Under the pieces are notes generated by a model. The model was not told where the DNA came from. It ran no database searches and saw only the letters and a list, made by a program, of their open reading frames with translations. Positions 1-13,909 of a stretch of 64,000 nucleotides of DNA are shown here, in pieces. The stretch covers positions 36,146,001 to 36,210,000 of the forward strand of contig NC_043007.1 in NCBI RefSeq assembly GCF_006345805.1, read 5' to 3'. Position numbers and translations under genes: made by a program. Numbering within the stretch: the first letter of the stretch is position 1; every line of letters starts with the position of its first letter. The stretch comes from Octopus sinensis. Taxonomy: Eukaryota.

Positions 1-775
1 TATATCTATTAAATAGATTACACACGCACACATTACTAAAGGATATTCATACAGTTTATTGCTATAATCTATTTCTATATTACTAATTGTCGTTGCTAGA
101 GTTTGTTGGCAAAATGGTTAGCATGTTGGGCTCACAATCATGAGGTAGTGAGTTTGATGCCTGGGCTGTGTTGTGTTCTTGGGCAAGACACTTTATTTCA
201 TGTTGCTCCAGTTTACTCAGCTGTAGAAATGAGTTGCTATGTTACTGGTGCCAAGCTATATCAGCCTTTGCCTTTCCCGTGAATAACATCTGTGGCATGA
301 AGAGGGAAAGCTGGTATGCATGGGTGACTGATGCTCTTCCATAAACAACTTTGCCCCGGCTTGTGCCTTGGAGGGGAACAGTCTAGGTGCAATCCCAAAG
401 TCATTCATGACCGAATGGGGTCTTTACCCCTGCCCTTTATATAATATATATTAATATCTATAATACATATATAATGAAAAAAGAAAAAAAACACTGTAGA
501 CTGTGATAGTAAATAAAACAGATTTTAAATTTCCCTTGGATAACTTTGGTGGTGGGGAGAGGGGAGGCTAGTATGCATAGGTGACTGCTGGTCTTCCATA
601 AGCAACCTTGCTTGATCTTGTGCCTCGGAGGATAACTTTCTAGGTACAATTCCATGGTCATTCAGGACTGAAGAGCATCTTTTTCCTTTTTTAGTTTGTT
701 GTTCTAATCTGTTATTATATTGCTATGGTGGTATGGTCTGTTGTTATAATTGTGCTAATTTTTTTTTCTTGACAG

Positions 776-887
776 GTACTTCTTCAAATAATGATAATTC
801 TAACAGGAAACTACAATTTTTTCAATTTGCTTACAATTACACTGTGCATTTCATTAGTGGATGATGACTTTTTCAGGAAACGAATAA
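776..887 (+). CDS. LMF2: LMF2 internal coding exon ([37 protein letters not shown]), phase 0 to 1
   Basis: Polypyrimidine tract plus cag acceptor ending 775; AA|gtaagt donor at 888. TGNYNFFNL motif is characteristic of LMF2 rather than LMF1 (SGNLSFLNWL). Upstream exons lie outside the window. Confidence 0.93.
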
Positions 888-2593
888 GTAAGTATTTGCG
901 TTTTACAGGGCTTTTATATAAATTATATTACACATACAGACACACCCACACAGCTGTGTGGTTCAGAAGCTTCCCTACCATGTCGTCTTGAGACACCTTG
1001 GGCAAGTGTCTTCTATGATAGCCTCAGTCAGACTAAAACCATGAGAGTGGAATTAGTAGACAGAAACTAAAAGGAATCTGCTATTCACAAACATACATTG
1101 TATATTCTGTTCTTTTACTATTTTACTTGTTTCAGCCATTTGATTGTGGCCATGCTGGAGCACTGCCTTAAAGGGCTTTTGTCAAAGAAATTGACCTCTG
1201 GACTTTGTAAGCCTAGTACTTATTCTGTCAGGCTCGTTTGCTGTACTAAGTTACAGGGACCTAAACACACCAGCGTCAGTTGTCAAGCGATGGTGGGGCA
1301 AACACACACATACACAGATGTGTGTGTGTGTATGTACACATACATACATGATGGGCTTCTTTCAGTTTCCATCTACCAAATCCCCTCACTAGACTATGGT
1401 CGGCCTGAGGCTATAGTAGAAGACACTTGCTCAAGGTGCTACACAGTGGAACTGAACCTAGACTCATGTGGTTGTGAAACAAGCTTCTTACCACACAGCC
1501 ATAGCCATGCTTGCACCTATATGCATATAGTGTGTGTGTGTATATTCAAGTGTACCCTTGTCTTGACATCATGTAACAGTTGTAAATGAGCATCACCGTC
1601 ATACAAGTGGTGCTGTTCATTTGTTTCTATGGAAAACATGCCTCATCATGAGAAATGTTACTTTGTTTGGAAATAGGCGAGGGTTGTTGTTAGTAAAGGC
1701 ATCTGGCTATAGAAACCAAGCTGAAATAGTATGTACAAGTGAGGTAAAATGTGGTCCTGTAAGCTGTCTTGGAGAGCTATAATTCTAAATGAGGACTGAC
1801 TTGAACTGTGGCAACCCATCCTGCCCATGCCAGCATGGAAAGCAGACATAAAACAATGAAGATGTATCCATGTTTTCTGCCAGTACGGGGTGGACAGTTT
1901 GGAAGAATCCGATGGGTCCAAGGTGTGTCTGGTGTGGCATAATTTCTGCAGTTACTGGCACCTGTGCTGGTGGCATGTGTAAAAGATTTGAGCGTGGCCA
2001 TTTCCAGTACCGCCTGACTGGCACATAAAAGCACCCACTACACTCTCAGAGTGGTTGGCGTTAGGAAGGTCATCCAGCTGTAGTAACTCTGCCAGATCAA
2101 GATTGGAGCCTGGTGCAGCCATCTGGTTCGCCAGCCCTCAGTCAAATCATCCAACCCATGCTAGCATGGAAAGCGGATGATGATTATGTTCCCTTCCTAA
2201 CACCTACCATTTTACATTGTGTACTTTGTACTTTTTCCATGCTAACAGCACTAGTGTGGTTGCCATGCAGCTAGCAAAACTTGAAGTGGAAAGGAAAGGA
2301 AAGGAGGTGGGAGCTTTATACTTGCGATAAGGGGTTAAGTTATGAGAAAAGACTGCAGAGTAGGTTTCTTGCTGAAGAGGGGCTGCATAATTACTCACCC
2401 AATTAATTAACATTTTTAGAGCTTCTCTCACATCAGCTAAAAGAAGGAGTTGGTGTCAGAGTGTGTATGTATGTTTGTGTTGATGTTACTATCAAAATGT
2501 GATTGACCATTTTCTTTCAGCAGTCAGTACATGTATACACTCTTGTATTGATTCTTTTCTCTAACAACATTAACTTTGTTATTTTTTCTACAG

Positions 2594-2740
2594 GTCACCC
2601 TCCCGAAGCTAAGTCCATTTGGAATCGAGTGGCAGACTGGATTATCACAATTGTTGTCTATGTCTTCCTTGGCTATGTATTGGTGGTCTATTTTACTTTG
2701 AGATTAGGACCAGGTTACACGTCACTTAAAACACAAATAG
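2594..2740 (+). CDS. LMF2: LMF2 coding exon (SHPPEAKSIWNRVADWIITIVVYVFLGYVLVVYFTLRLGPGYTSLKTQI), phase 1 to 1
   Basis: tttctacag acceptor, G|gtaaag donor; phase matches both neighbours; hydrophobic TM segment aligns with the human LMF2 region ending ..YFGL...TIHSRT. Confidence 0.88.
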
Positions 2741-2967
2741 GTAAAGAGTTTTGTTCTTGTAAGATTGAGCCTGTTTTTGTTTTCCTTACTTTTATTCTTC
2801 TGTTTAATTATTTAATTTCAATGTTAATCATCTCACTTCATTTCATATATATATATCTCACTTCATTTCATATATATATATGTCTTTCAACATGTGATCT
2901 CTTGAGCACCACCAGCAAAAATATTTTTTTCCTCTGTCTTCCCTTCTTGGGATCTTTCCTTCTACTT

Positions 2968-3002
2968 GTTTCCGACGAAGAGCTCCGCTCGAAACGTTAA
3001 AC
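2968..3002 (+). ncRNA. Minimal Penelope-type hammerhead motif (U4C variant)
   Basis: GUUU-CCGACGA-A-GAGC(UCC)GCUC-GAAACGUU-AAAC: stem I 4 bp, stem II 4 bp, palindromic AACGUU in place of stem III. Confidence 0.5.
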
Positions 3003-3098
3003 CCTCTTTTTCTTTTCTGAGCGTCAAATAATACTTTAATTGTTCCACGTCCTCGCGTTGCTGTGTTTTTTTCTGTGTTTTCTTGTTTGGATTAACTT

Positions 3099-3152
<54 letters not shown>

Positions 3153-3954
3153 TATCCATATATACACATACTACATTGATTGACAGAAAGGCAACTTAAA
3201 TAATTTATTTAGATATCTGAAATTAAAACAAACATCCCCATTTTGGTACCAAAACTGAGACCTTGAATCAAGAACTGGTTTTTCTGACTGGTTAGATCCT
3301 GTTAGACCGTCTAACCCATGTCAGCATGGACAATGGATGTTAAGATGATAACAATGTATGCATGTGTGTGTAGTTGGTGTTTCCCCATTGTTTTGACATG
3401 TGCTGCTCAAAAACGATGTCACTATTTGTTCCATCATGCAAAGGTGTCTTTAACGTCTCTATCTATGCAAAAGTTTTTTAATGCCACTATCCCTACAAAG
3501 GTATCTTTGATTACAGTCTGCTATGTAAACATGTCTGGCTATTAGACGAATTTGGGCTCCTGTGTGTGCTTCTGATGATATGAAAGTGGCAGTGGCCAAG
3601 GCCGGAATGCCTGTGATCAACTACAATTATTGATTTCAAATTTTGGTACAGAGCCGGCAATTTCGAGGGAGGGGATAAGTTGATTACATTGACCCCCGGT
3701 CCTCAACTGGTACTTATTTTATCTCTCACCCCCCCCCCCAAAAAAAGGTAAAAGATAAAGTCAACCTTGGCAGAATTTGAACTCAGCATACAATTAGAAG
3801 AAATGCCACTAAGCATTTTTCCCAGTGCAGTAATGGTTCTGCCAGCTCACTGCCCTAATCAACCACAAACAGTGACAACATAATTCATATTTTTCTTCTG
3901 TTTTATTTTTACTTTCTTATAATTGTACTATCTTTTTGTTTTGTTAATTTTCAG

Positions 3955-4060
3955 CTTTTACGAAAAAGGAATTCTCTGATCTGCTGGCGAAAGTCGTACC
4001 TATTACAATATATATCGGGGCTGTGGCCTTAGGTATTGAGGTGCTCATTTCTTTTGTCAG
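3955..4060 (+). CDS. LMF2: LMF2 coding exon (AFTKKEFSDLLAKVVPITIYIGAVALGIEVLISFVR), phase 1 to 2
   Basis: aattttcag acceptor, AG|gtaacg donor; aligns with human LMF2 [36 protein letters not shown]. Absent from the ORF track because it has no start codon. Confidence 0.9.
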
Positions 4061-4450
4061 GTAACGAAGTTTATATTTTTGACCACTCTGCCCTACATTT
4101 TTTTAAGAGTGAAGGGAGTAGAGGGAGGTTTTTATTAGAAGTGGTAGTTCATCAAATTTTAGGATGCTGGGAACAACAAATGAGGGAGCAAGTTATTTGG
4201 TGAGAGTGTGTGTGTTTCAGAGCCATGTGATATGGGATTTGCTTTCACCGTATGGATGCTTTTGGCTTATGTCATTGACTGTAGTCACAAGTTAACCAAT
4301 GTTTTATAAGTGAAACTCTACAGAGAGAAACTGGAACTATAATTTACAGCTGACATTTCATCCAGTATGCTTATGATTTTTCCAGATCACCACTTTCTAT
4401 GTTGATGATGATACGATAATAATAGCAATAGTAGTAGTAGTAGTAGTAGT

Positions 4451-4785
4451 GAAGGCGCATGGCTCAGTGGTTAGAGCATCGAGCTTATGATCGTGAGGTT
4501 GTGAGCTCGAATCCTGGACTGGGCTGTGTGTTGTGCTCTTGAGCAAGACACTTTATTTCATGTTGTTCCAGTTCACTCAGCTGTAGAAATGAGTTGCGAC
4601 GTCACAGGTGCCAAGCTGTATCTGCTGTTGCCTTTCCCTTGGATAACACTGAAGGAGTGGAGAGGGGAGGTCGGTATGCATAGGCGACTACTGGTCTTCC
4701 GTAAACAACCTTGCACGGACTTGTGCCTGGGACGGTAACTTTCTAGGTGCAATCCCACGGTCAGTCTTGACCGAAAGGTGTCTCA
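4451..4785 (+). mobile_element. tRNA-derived SINE, family A (further copies about 105-430, 505-690, 41838-42172)
   Basis: A-box tggctcagtggttag, B-box gctcgaatcc, shared body ending ggtgcaatcccatggtc...gaccgaa. Confidence 0.85.
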
Positions 4786-4930
4786 ATAGTAGAAGCAGTA
4801 GTTTCAAAGTCTGGCATAAAACCAGCAATTTTAAAGGGAGTAGGATAGTCAAAGACCGAAACCAATAGATGAATAGAATCATAACAATAATGTGTGCCAA
4901 GATTTGAAAAAATTTCCCTTTCTGTTTCAG

Positions 4931-5030
4931 ATGTTGGAAGAATGAGAAAGGACTTGTGCGTAAACTTTTTGCTTCAGTTGGAGTGACGCTAGTTGCAGTT
5001 CTTGCTGCCATCATGTTTGCTATCAGTTTG
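4931..5030 (+). CDS. LMF2: LMF2 coding exon (CWKNEKGLVRKLFASVGVTLVAVLAAIMFAISL), phase 2 to 0
   Basis: tgtttcag acceptor, TTG|gtaagc donor; ends FAISL, matching human LFLISL immediately before VPY. Confidence 0.9.
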
Positions 5031-5812
5031 GTAAGCTTTCTTCCCTTCTTTCATTATTTCTTTTCATTTCATGCCTTCCATTTTTCTCTCATTTTCTTTA
5101 TTTTTCTTTATTTCCTTCAACATTTAAATGACAGTGAATGTGCTTGTTGTAACTGTAGTAATAATCATAGTTGTCCACTCTGTCAGTCCATGTTATAGCT
5201 ACCCTAAAATGTATTTCTGTTACGGAATATTCCCTACTTTTCTTACATAAACTATTACCATAAGGTTAAACAGCTGACTATTTGACTGGCTGACCGTCAT
5301 TTGTGGTGTTTCCTATGTCCTTGTCTATCATGTAGTATTTGGTATGTCACCATATTCATCATCACTTTACATCTCTTCCATGCTTGCATGGGTTGGTTGG
5401 GTCTTTGCTGATGAAGCTTCTCACCTCTTATAGCAATCCGTTTGTCATTTCCTTCATGAAATTCAGCATCTTCAGATTATCCTTCATTGCTTCTTCATAT
5501 GTCTTCCTCAGTTTTCTTTTTCTGTATCATAATTCGTTTACCATTTTCATTCAGTGTCCACTTCTCCATGCTTCCGTGGTCAAATGGAGTCTATTGAGGT
5601 AGATTTTCTGTGGCTGGATGCGCTTCTCGTTACTAAATCTCACCTGTTTCTGAGTAATATATTTCCCATGACCAGAAATGTTTTTGCAGGATATTGGAAA
5701 TGAATGACACTGCTTGTATGACAGTGACACTCATTTACAACTAGACATAATTTACAAAGAGACATAACATAATTTACAAAGAGACATAACATAAACTCTC
5801 ACATACATACAT

Positions 5813-5852
<40 letters not shown>

Positions 5853-7814
5853 GCGTACATTCGTGCACACCCACATACATGTGCACACACACACACACAC
5901 ACACACACATCCAGGTCCATATACTGAGATTGAATTTCCAAATCTAGATGCATTGATTGATGCTTGTCTTCTTCACACAAGGTCAGAGGCCGTTTTGTGA
6001 AATTATACTTTTTTTTTCCTCTATTTTATGTCCAAAGGTAATCTATGACTAGAAATATTTAACTTTACTATCAAATATTTATAGCAGTCAGGACATATTT
6101 AAAATCGTTCATTCATACATCACAATACGGTGTTCATCTGAACGTGCAGGCCTCATCTCAAGGGAAACAACTCAATATTAACACATACCAGGTGTTTTGA
6201 ATGGATTAAAATCAACCACTCAAAATACCACAAAGGATCTAGTCTAATATGCTAACAAATCCTTCAATCTACCATCATCCTGGATTGGTATTTTGTTCTA
6301 TAGATCCTGAAGAGATGAAAAGGAAGGATGACTTCAGCTGGATTTGAACTCAGAGTGCAGACGGCAAGAACAAATATTTCTAATTTTGGCATGTGGCAAA
6401 CAATTTTAAGAGGAGGGGCAAGTTGAACTGGTACTCATTTTATTGACCCCTAAAGGATGAAAGGCCAGGTTGACCTCAGTGGCACTAGAACTCAGAACCT
6501 AAAACCAGATGAAATGCCTCTAAGCATTTTGTTCAGCACAATAATGATTCTTTTAGCTTGCTGCCTAAGCCAGGACAAATATTACTAAAACATTTTGTCC
6601 TCTACTCTAAGAACTCTGCCAGCTAACCTCCTCCTGACCATTGCATTTCTTTATCAGAGTCTATTGCAAGCATTTCAGAGCTGAGTCTCTGATCTTAGTG
6701 TAAGTTTTACCCTTTCTACCTCCAGGCCCCAAAAAATAGTCCTTCACTAAATAATATAAACACACACACACATACACACACACACAGAAAAGCATCTATT
6801 ACTTACTAGTGTATTTAATTTTTTTTTTTTGCCTCTACAGTTTTTCTTGTTTAACCCCAGGTCAGTCTTGATCCTGAAGGTCACCTATAATTAAAGGTAT
6901 TTCTGTCACATCCACGCTATCCTTTTCTTTTTAGGATTACATCATCCAATGTGTCCTTCCTCTTCTTCAGACAGTAGCATGTAATTTGAGGGAGAAATAG
7001 CTCCTATTTTTAATAGATCAAGCTACCACCAAGATTTTCTATCGTTGATTCAACTTGTTGGTTATTGTTGTTGAAATAATGTTAGTGTTGTTATTATTGT
7101 TTAGCCTCATATTAGTCCTGATCTAGTTTTAGTTGGCTTATTGTCAAGGATGGTTCAGCCATGGCTATCACAACTTCTTTCAGACATAGTGTTTATAGAG
7201 CCACACTATCCTATGTGTCCTTTTTAAAATGGTATGGCAGGATTTAAGGAGATTTAGCTGCTGTTTATAGCATATCAAATAATTGCACAGGAGTTCCTAC
7301 ATTCGCTTTTGTTGTTGTTTTGCTCCAACTTAACCCTTATTAAGCAGAATTATACACAGAGAAATTCCAGTCATGCATATCTAGTCTTTCTTTCGTGCAT
7401 AGTATATCTAAGAGTACAGTACATGTTCTTCCTTTTTTGGTCAAGTGTTCAGATTTTCTGTGGGTGGGATGGTAGAGGAGAATTTCACATTCTATATTGC
7501 CCCAGCTTACCTAAATGTTAGGGAGTAGGTTAAAGTGTCAGACCTTTTGGGCAATGGATGGAAATGTCACTGATAATAGACCAACACCCTTTCCATAGGA
7601 AGATATATTACTTTGAAGCGGAACTGAGCATTGGCTCACAATAGTTTATTTGGAACCTAGAAAAATTGTTTCAAAGATATTGGTTCCTTAAATCTTCACT
7701 TCTTTTATTTTCCAAAAGCCATCAAGAAAGTGATGGTCGAGGTGGGATGTCAAAAACAATCAAAACAAAACAAAACCAAAACCGACATAGTTGTTCTAAT
7801 TTCTGTTTTTTTAG

Positions 7815-7930
7815 GTTCCCTATTCCCGTGTTGTTGGCTCAGTACACAGATCCCTTTCAGCAGATATATATGATATGTACAGGCTGTCGACACGTTATAA
7901 GATAACCAGCTCCTATGGTCTTTTTCGCAG
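7815..7930 (+). CDS. LMF2: LMF2 alternative exon A, 116 nt (VPYSRVVGSVHRSLSADIYDMYRLSTRYKITSSYGLFRR), phase 0 to 2
   Basis: tttttttag acceptor, AG|gtactc donor; open in frame; VPY...SYGLFRR matches human VPYSYVEPG...ANSYGLFRR with the same 39-residue length. Confidence 0.9.
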
Positions 7931-8341
7931 GTACTCCTATTTTTATACCTGAAAGCCTGCAAGTAATATTTTCTCTTATTCTCACCTGTTTAATTATTTC
8001 TATATTCTAGACAGAGAAAAATATTTTACATCCCTTGCGGATGTCTCCTTTTTTTCCTCTTTATTTTAAAAGGGACCTAATGAAAAAAGCAGTTTGTTAT
8101 TTAGTCATGGGTCAACCTTGATTGAGCAAAACTAATATCAAAGGTGTTCCAACAATGACCATCCCCTATTAGTTTTTTTTTCTTTCAGTCATATACCTAG
8201 GACTGCATTATCTAATGTCTCCTATTTTTGTTCTAAGACAGTAATGTGTGATTTACAGGAAATTTGATTGCTATTTCAAACAGTATCAAGTGATCTCCAT
8301 AGAGGATCCCTTGTTGGCTCAAAACATGCCTTGCTAAACTA

Positions 8342-8876
8342 TTGGGTTGTCCGGAAAGTTCATGCCAATTTATAGTAGCTTACCTTTCAACTTATTTTAG
8401 AACATGGTTGAGTCCATAAAATAGGATTTTACTACACCTCCATTTAGAGCACAGTTTAAGCTATCTTTTTGTGGAAGAAGGTTTATGCTCCTATAAACTG
8501 TGTTAATTCTGTAACCCTTTAAAATGGAAGATAAGAAAGTTCATTTTCGGCACTTGATGCTTTGGGAACCAAGACAAAAATTGCTGCAACTTGGCAGATA
8601 TTGCTCCTTCAGATTTCTACTTATTCAGGTCTCTGCAGGATAGTCTTAATGGTAAAAATTTCAATTCCTTGGATAACTCAAAAAGATACCTTGATGAATT
8701 CTTTGCTATGAAACCACCTCAATTCTGGGAAGAGGGTATTTTCAAGTTAAAGGAAAGATGGAGACGCATTGTGCAACAAAATGGTTCATATTTGGTTGAT
8801 TAAAAATGTAATGGCACGTATTTATTGACCTCTTTCTTTCCTTTAAAAATCGGCATGAACTTTCCGGACAACCCAA
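8342..8876 (+). mobile_element. Internally deleted mariner element
   Basis: TIRs ttgggttgtccggaaagttcatgcc / ggcatgaactttccggacaacccaa; TA on both sides (8340-41, 8877-78); transposase N-terminus MEDKKVHFRHLMLWE and C-terminus DIAPSDFYLFRSLQDSLNGK. Confidence 0.93.
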
Positions 8877-9244
8877 TATTTGATGGTAGTCATATTTGGG
8901 TAACTCTATTGAGCAAACTATTTCATCGCTGTATTATAGTGATTGTGACTAGCAGAACATATTTGGTGGCATTCATTATTGGACAGCCTCTACCTTTGAG
9001 CATGATATTTGATTAATATATTTTTGTGGTTGTGGGGAAGTAGGTTTAGAATTTTAGATGTAAGAATTACTCATTGAAAAATAGTCTGAGGGTTTAAATA
9101 AATCAAGTTTTTGCATAGAAGCTTTTGTTGCCTTTTGAGTATTTCTTAATGTTGTTTTTTCTAATTCAATTAATTAATTAGTTACTAATAGCATTTTAAT
9201 ACTGCTTTTTGGCTAGGCTCATTCAACTAGTCATTCTACTATAT

Positions 9245-9552
9245 GTTTGTTTTGTTTGTTCCTTCTTGAGCCATGCCTGGCTCATTAGGGCCGGTTTCTC
9301 GGTTTCCTTGGTGTATAGGTTCCTCACCTGGACAGGACACCGGTCTGTCACAGGTGAGCTGCAAGATGCAGGAGGAAAGAGCAAGAGAAAGTTGTGGCGA
9401 AAGAGTCAGAAGTTCGCCATTATCTTCTGCCGGAGCTGCATGGAGCATAGGTATTTCGCTCATAAACACACACATTGCCCGGTCTGAGATTTGAACCTGT
9501 GATCCCTCGACCGCGAGTTCGCTGCTCTAACCACTAGGCCATGTGCCTCCAC
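9245..9552 (-). mobile_element. tRNA-derived SINE, family B (inverse of 16288-16593)
   Basis: Reverse complement starts ggaggcacatggcctagtggttagagcagcg and ends gagccaggcatggctcaagaaggaacaaac. Confidence 0.88.
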
Positions 9553-10908
9553 CATTTTATTATATAGTATAGCTTTATTGTTATTATTTTGACCCCAGTA
9601 CTTAGCTGGTATTTACTACATCAACCCTGAAAGAGTGAAAAGTGAAGTCAACCTTGGCAGAATCTGAATGTTCTGAAGTCAAATTCTTTTGAAATTGGCT
9701 TTGCCTTTCATCCTTTTGGGGCTGATAAAGTACTAAATACTGGGGTGAATGTAATCAACCCTGTCACCTCCAACAAATTCCTGTTTTTGTGTCAAGATTT
9801 CAAACAGGTATCATTATTATTATTAAGGCAAATTGTTAGCATGCTGAACATAATGCTTAGCAAATTTTGCCGTTTTGTTCTATGTTCAGATTCCATCAAG
9901 GCTGACTTTTCTTTTCATCCTTTTGTGGATCGAAATAAGTACTAGTTGAGACTTGGGATTGATGTAATTGACTAACCCCTCCCCCAACCTTTTAGGCTTC
10001 ATGCTTATAGCAGAAAAAAATTATTATTATTATTGTTATTAAGGTGGTGAGCTGGCAGAATTGTTAGCACTCTGAACAGAATTCTTGGTGGTATTTTGCC
10101 CATCGCTACATTCTGAGTTCAAATTCTGCTGAGGTCGACTTTGCCTTTCATCCTTTTGGGGTTGATAAAATAAGTACCAGTGAAACACTAGGGTCCACAT
10201 AATTGACTAGTCATTAAATTTCAGGCCTTTAGTAGAAAGGATTATTATTATTATTGTTATTTGAATTGACAGAGTCGCTATGTGACTGGCTAAATTGCTC
10301 TTGACATTTGTTCTCGCTCTTTTCATTCTGAGTTCAAATCTTACTGAGGTCAGTTTTTGTTCTTCATCCTTCCAATTCCAATAGAATAAAGTACCAGTCA
10401 GGTACAGGGTCAGAATATTCAGCAGTTCCCATGTCTACAAATTTTTAGTTTTGTGCCTCTTTAAGAAATTATAAGAGAAGTGGATAGGTAGAATTGTTAT
10501 ATAGTTGGATAAAAATATTTTACGGTATTTGTTCCAGCTCTTTACATTTTGAGTTCAAATCCTCCCAAAGTCAAAGCCATTTTTGTCTTTTATCCTCTCG
10601 GGATCAAATTGGTTAGAATTTGCTGGCCTTGTACCAAAATTAGAAAGAATTAATTTAATTATTATTTCTTGTGCTTCTTACAGATATTAAAAACTGGCTT
10701 GATTTTCATTTAAGGTCTCTCCATGAGGCTGTGTGATTTTGTCTTCCACTATGTGGCACTTTGAACAAATGTCTGCTACTATAGTCCTGGGCTAATGAAT
10801 GCCTTAAGAGTGAAATTGGTCGACAGAAATTGTCAGAAGCACATCATTTGTGTGTGTGTGTGAATATTGTTATTTTGCTTGTCATCGTTTGAGGAAGATG
10901 ATGATGGT

Positions 10909-11143
10909 GCGGCAAGCTGGCAGAAGCGTTAGCATGCTGGGCGAAATGCTTTGTGGTATTTCGTCTGCCGTTACGTTGTGAGTTCAAATTCCGCCGAGGT
11001 CGACTTTGCCTTTCATTCTTTCGGGGTCGATAAATTAAGCACCAGTTACGCACTGGAGTCGATGTAATTGACTTAATACCTATGTCTGTCCTTGTTTGTC
11101 CCCTCTATGTTTAGCCCCTTGTGGGTAATAAAGAAATAGGTAT
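10909..11143 (+). mobile_element. SINE family C (intact copies 38048-38282 and 51036-51271 on -; many degenerate copies)
   Basis: gagctggcagaa.cgttagca..c.gggcgaaatgc...gagttcaaattccgccgaggtcgactttgcctttcatcctttcggggtcgataaattaagtaccagt. Confidence 0.88.
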
Positions 11144-11559
11144 TTATACTCTTTGTTGTATAAATATTCCCAGGGTATACTGAAGTCTTTTGGAAACAAA
11201 AAAATCCTTTACTTGTAAACAGGTGATGGTTGACAACAGGTAGAGCATCTGGTTCTAAAATCCTGCTTCGAATCAGTTCATATCTAAGCCATGTTAGTAT
11301 GGAAATGTTTATGTTAAACAAACACACTCTCGCACATATGTGTGTATATATTATCATCATTGTTATTTAGTGCCCATGTCATATTAGTTGTAATAAGGAA
11401 GTCAAACTAAATAGTGATATTTTGAAGTCATTTAATACACATGTTTCAGGTTTTTATACTACGTAATAGGAAATGTATCCATTGCATAAAATCTTCCTCA
11501 GACACACATCATCATTTTATGTTGATTTGTTTTTTTTCCATGCTTGCTTTGGTGAAGGT

Positions 11560-11990
11560 GTTTTCTCCAATACAATATTTTGCTTTCTTGTTGCAGTTTT
11601 TTTATCATCTTCTTTGTAAATTTCAGTATCCTGGGATCATCTTTCATCACTTTTTCCCTATGTCTTCCTCATTTTCCCCCCTTCACAAGTTCTTTCTACT
11701 TAGATCACTTTACACGTTGCCCAGTTGTCAGCCCCATATACATCACATATTTGCACAAGTCTTCTCTGTAGATTACATTTGGTTTCTTTTACACCCAGTT
11801 TCTCTCTCAGCTCATTCGTGTTTCATTGTTTGTGTACATCAGCAACACACGTCCAACAAAGCATGCTTTTCTCATTATTTCATTGCAACCCTCACACATC
11901 CACCACAGAAATTATTGACTAGTTTTAAGGAGCTCTATGAGGATTTGAAAGAATTTATTTTGTGGGTGCTCTTCCTATTATCCATTCCTA
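11560..11990 (-). mobile_element. RTE-like LINE 3' ORF fragment
   Basis: Minus strand reads NELREKLGVK...QRRL..., similar to the 28.8-kb RTE C-terminus; explains the spurious 280-aa + ORF. Confidence 0.55.
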
Positions 11991-12216
11991 CACATTTGTG
12001 TATATTTGAGTTTGTGTATGTGTGTGTATATTATATATACACACCCATACACAGTGTGTGTAAATATATACATGTACACACACACGTATGTGTGTGTGTG
12101 TGTGCGTGTGTGTGTGTATATATATATATACACACACACAAACATATATATATATACACACACACACACACATACACAAACAAACATGTATGTATGTGTA
12201 TGTATATATATATATG

Positions 12217-12256
<40 letters not shown>

Positions 12257-12892
12257 TGCCCATATGTGGATGTGTTTGTATGAGTGTGTCATATCAATCA
12301 TGTTTAACTGTTGCATTATGGGAAGCCAGTTACTCCAACCTCTCACACATTGACATAAACATAAAACCCTAATCACACACACAAACCAATTACTATTGTT
12401 TTTGTTTTCCTCTAAATTGTTGCTGGAGGTTAACACTGTACAATGACAGTCATGTGATTGATTTAGACCAACAGTTAAAACTTAAATTACAGTGAAAAAT
12501 AAACATTTTAGAATCAATTAGAACCAATATTCGATATTATTCAGCAAAGAGAGATGTAGTAGGTATGGCTGTGTGGTTTCCAGGTTTGATCTTATTGTAT
12601 GGTGTTATGGAAGTCTCTCCTACTCTAGCTTCAGGTTAGTCAAAGCCCCATGAGTAAATTTGTGTGTCTGAACAAACTTTAAAAGTATCTGTTTAAAAGT
12701 GGCTCAAAGGTACTGGTGTGGCTGTATAGTAAGACGTTTGCTTCCGGATCACATGGTTCTGGGTTTTGTCCCACTGTATGGCACCCTGAGCAAGTGTCTT
12801 CTGCTAAAGCCTTGTTCTTACCTAAGCCTTGTAAGTGGATTTGGTAAATGGAAACTGAAAGAAGCCTGTCATACATATTTATATATATATAT

Positions 12893-13083
12893 ATTAGAAA
12901 ACAAAACACCTTTTATCAATTGAATAATGAAAAATTAAATTATACCATTTAGAAAAATTACATATTATAGAAAGATTAGATATAAAATAAATCATATAAC
13001 AATTTAATCCTTCTTTAATATGTAATTTTTCTAAATGGTTTAATTTCATTATTGAATTGATAAAAGGTGGGTTTTTTTCTAAT
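12893..13083. repeat. Fold-back element, arms about 90 bp
   Basis: 12893-12981 is the imperfect reverse complement of 13001-13083. Confidence 0.8.
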
Positions 13084-13909
13084 TTATATATATATATTAT
13101 ATTTGTGAAATTTGATTTAGTATTTCTAAATTGAATTTTCCCCTGTAAGTTTGGAATAATATTCCCTTATATATATATATAAATAGATGTGTGTATTTTT
13201 CCCTTGTTAACAATTAACACAGAAAAAATAGATAAATAGTTACCAGGGTAGCAAAAAAATCACACAAGTAAAAAGGTTTTAACTCCTTGTTTTTAAAGGT
13301 AGAAACTTTGGGTTTACGTGAAATATTTTGTATATAATACAAGCAGTGTCTGTATTTTATAACAATCAGAAATGTTTTTGTTTTTTTTTCTTTTTAATTT
13401 AAAAAATGCTACTTAATCACACAGTCACACCTGTGGTTGTATGACAATGAAGTTCACTTTGTGAGTGAATTTGGTGGATGGAAACTGTATGGAAGCCTAT
13501 CAACTGTGTGTGTGTGTATGTGTGTATCTTTGTGTTTGTCTCTCTCTCTCCCACTGGTGTTGGTTTATTTTGTATCTCTGTAACTTAGCAGTTCATCAAA
13601 AACAGACCCATGGAATAAGCACCAGACTTCAAATAAGAATTAGGATTGATTTAATCAATGAAACTCCATTATGGCAGTGCCCCAGCATGGCAGCAGTCCA
13701 GTGACTGAAATGAGTTAAAGAATAAAAGGCCTTATTCCTTGCTGAGTAATTCTTAATATTGTTCTGTTAAGAGTATTTGTTTTTCACTGCATGAGATATA
13801 TATATATAATAGTAATAATACTATTAGGGAGTATGACTCCAAACTTACAGGGAAAATTTCAATTTAGTATTAAATCAAATTTCACAGTATAAATATATAA
13901 TATATATAA

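Noticed and set aside
4451-4530. tRNA genes (also 16288, 35255, 43735, 55510)
   Set aside because: A/B boxes are present but continue into SINE bodies; no complete cloverleaf with a proper acceptor stem.
11441-12283. 280-aa + strand ORF
   Set aside because: Antisense of a decayed RTE fragment running into a microsatellite; no coding signature.
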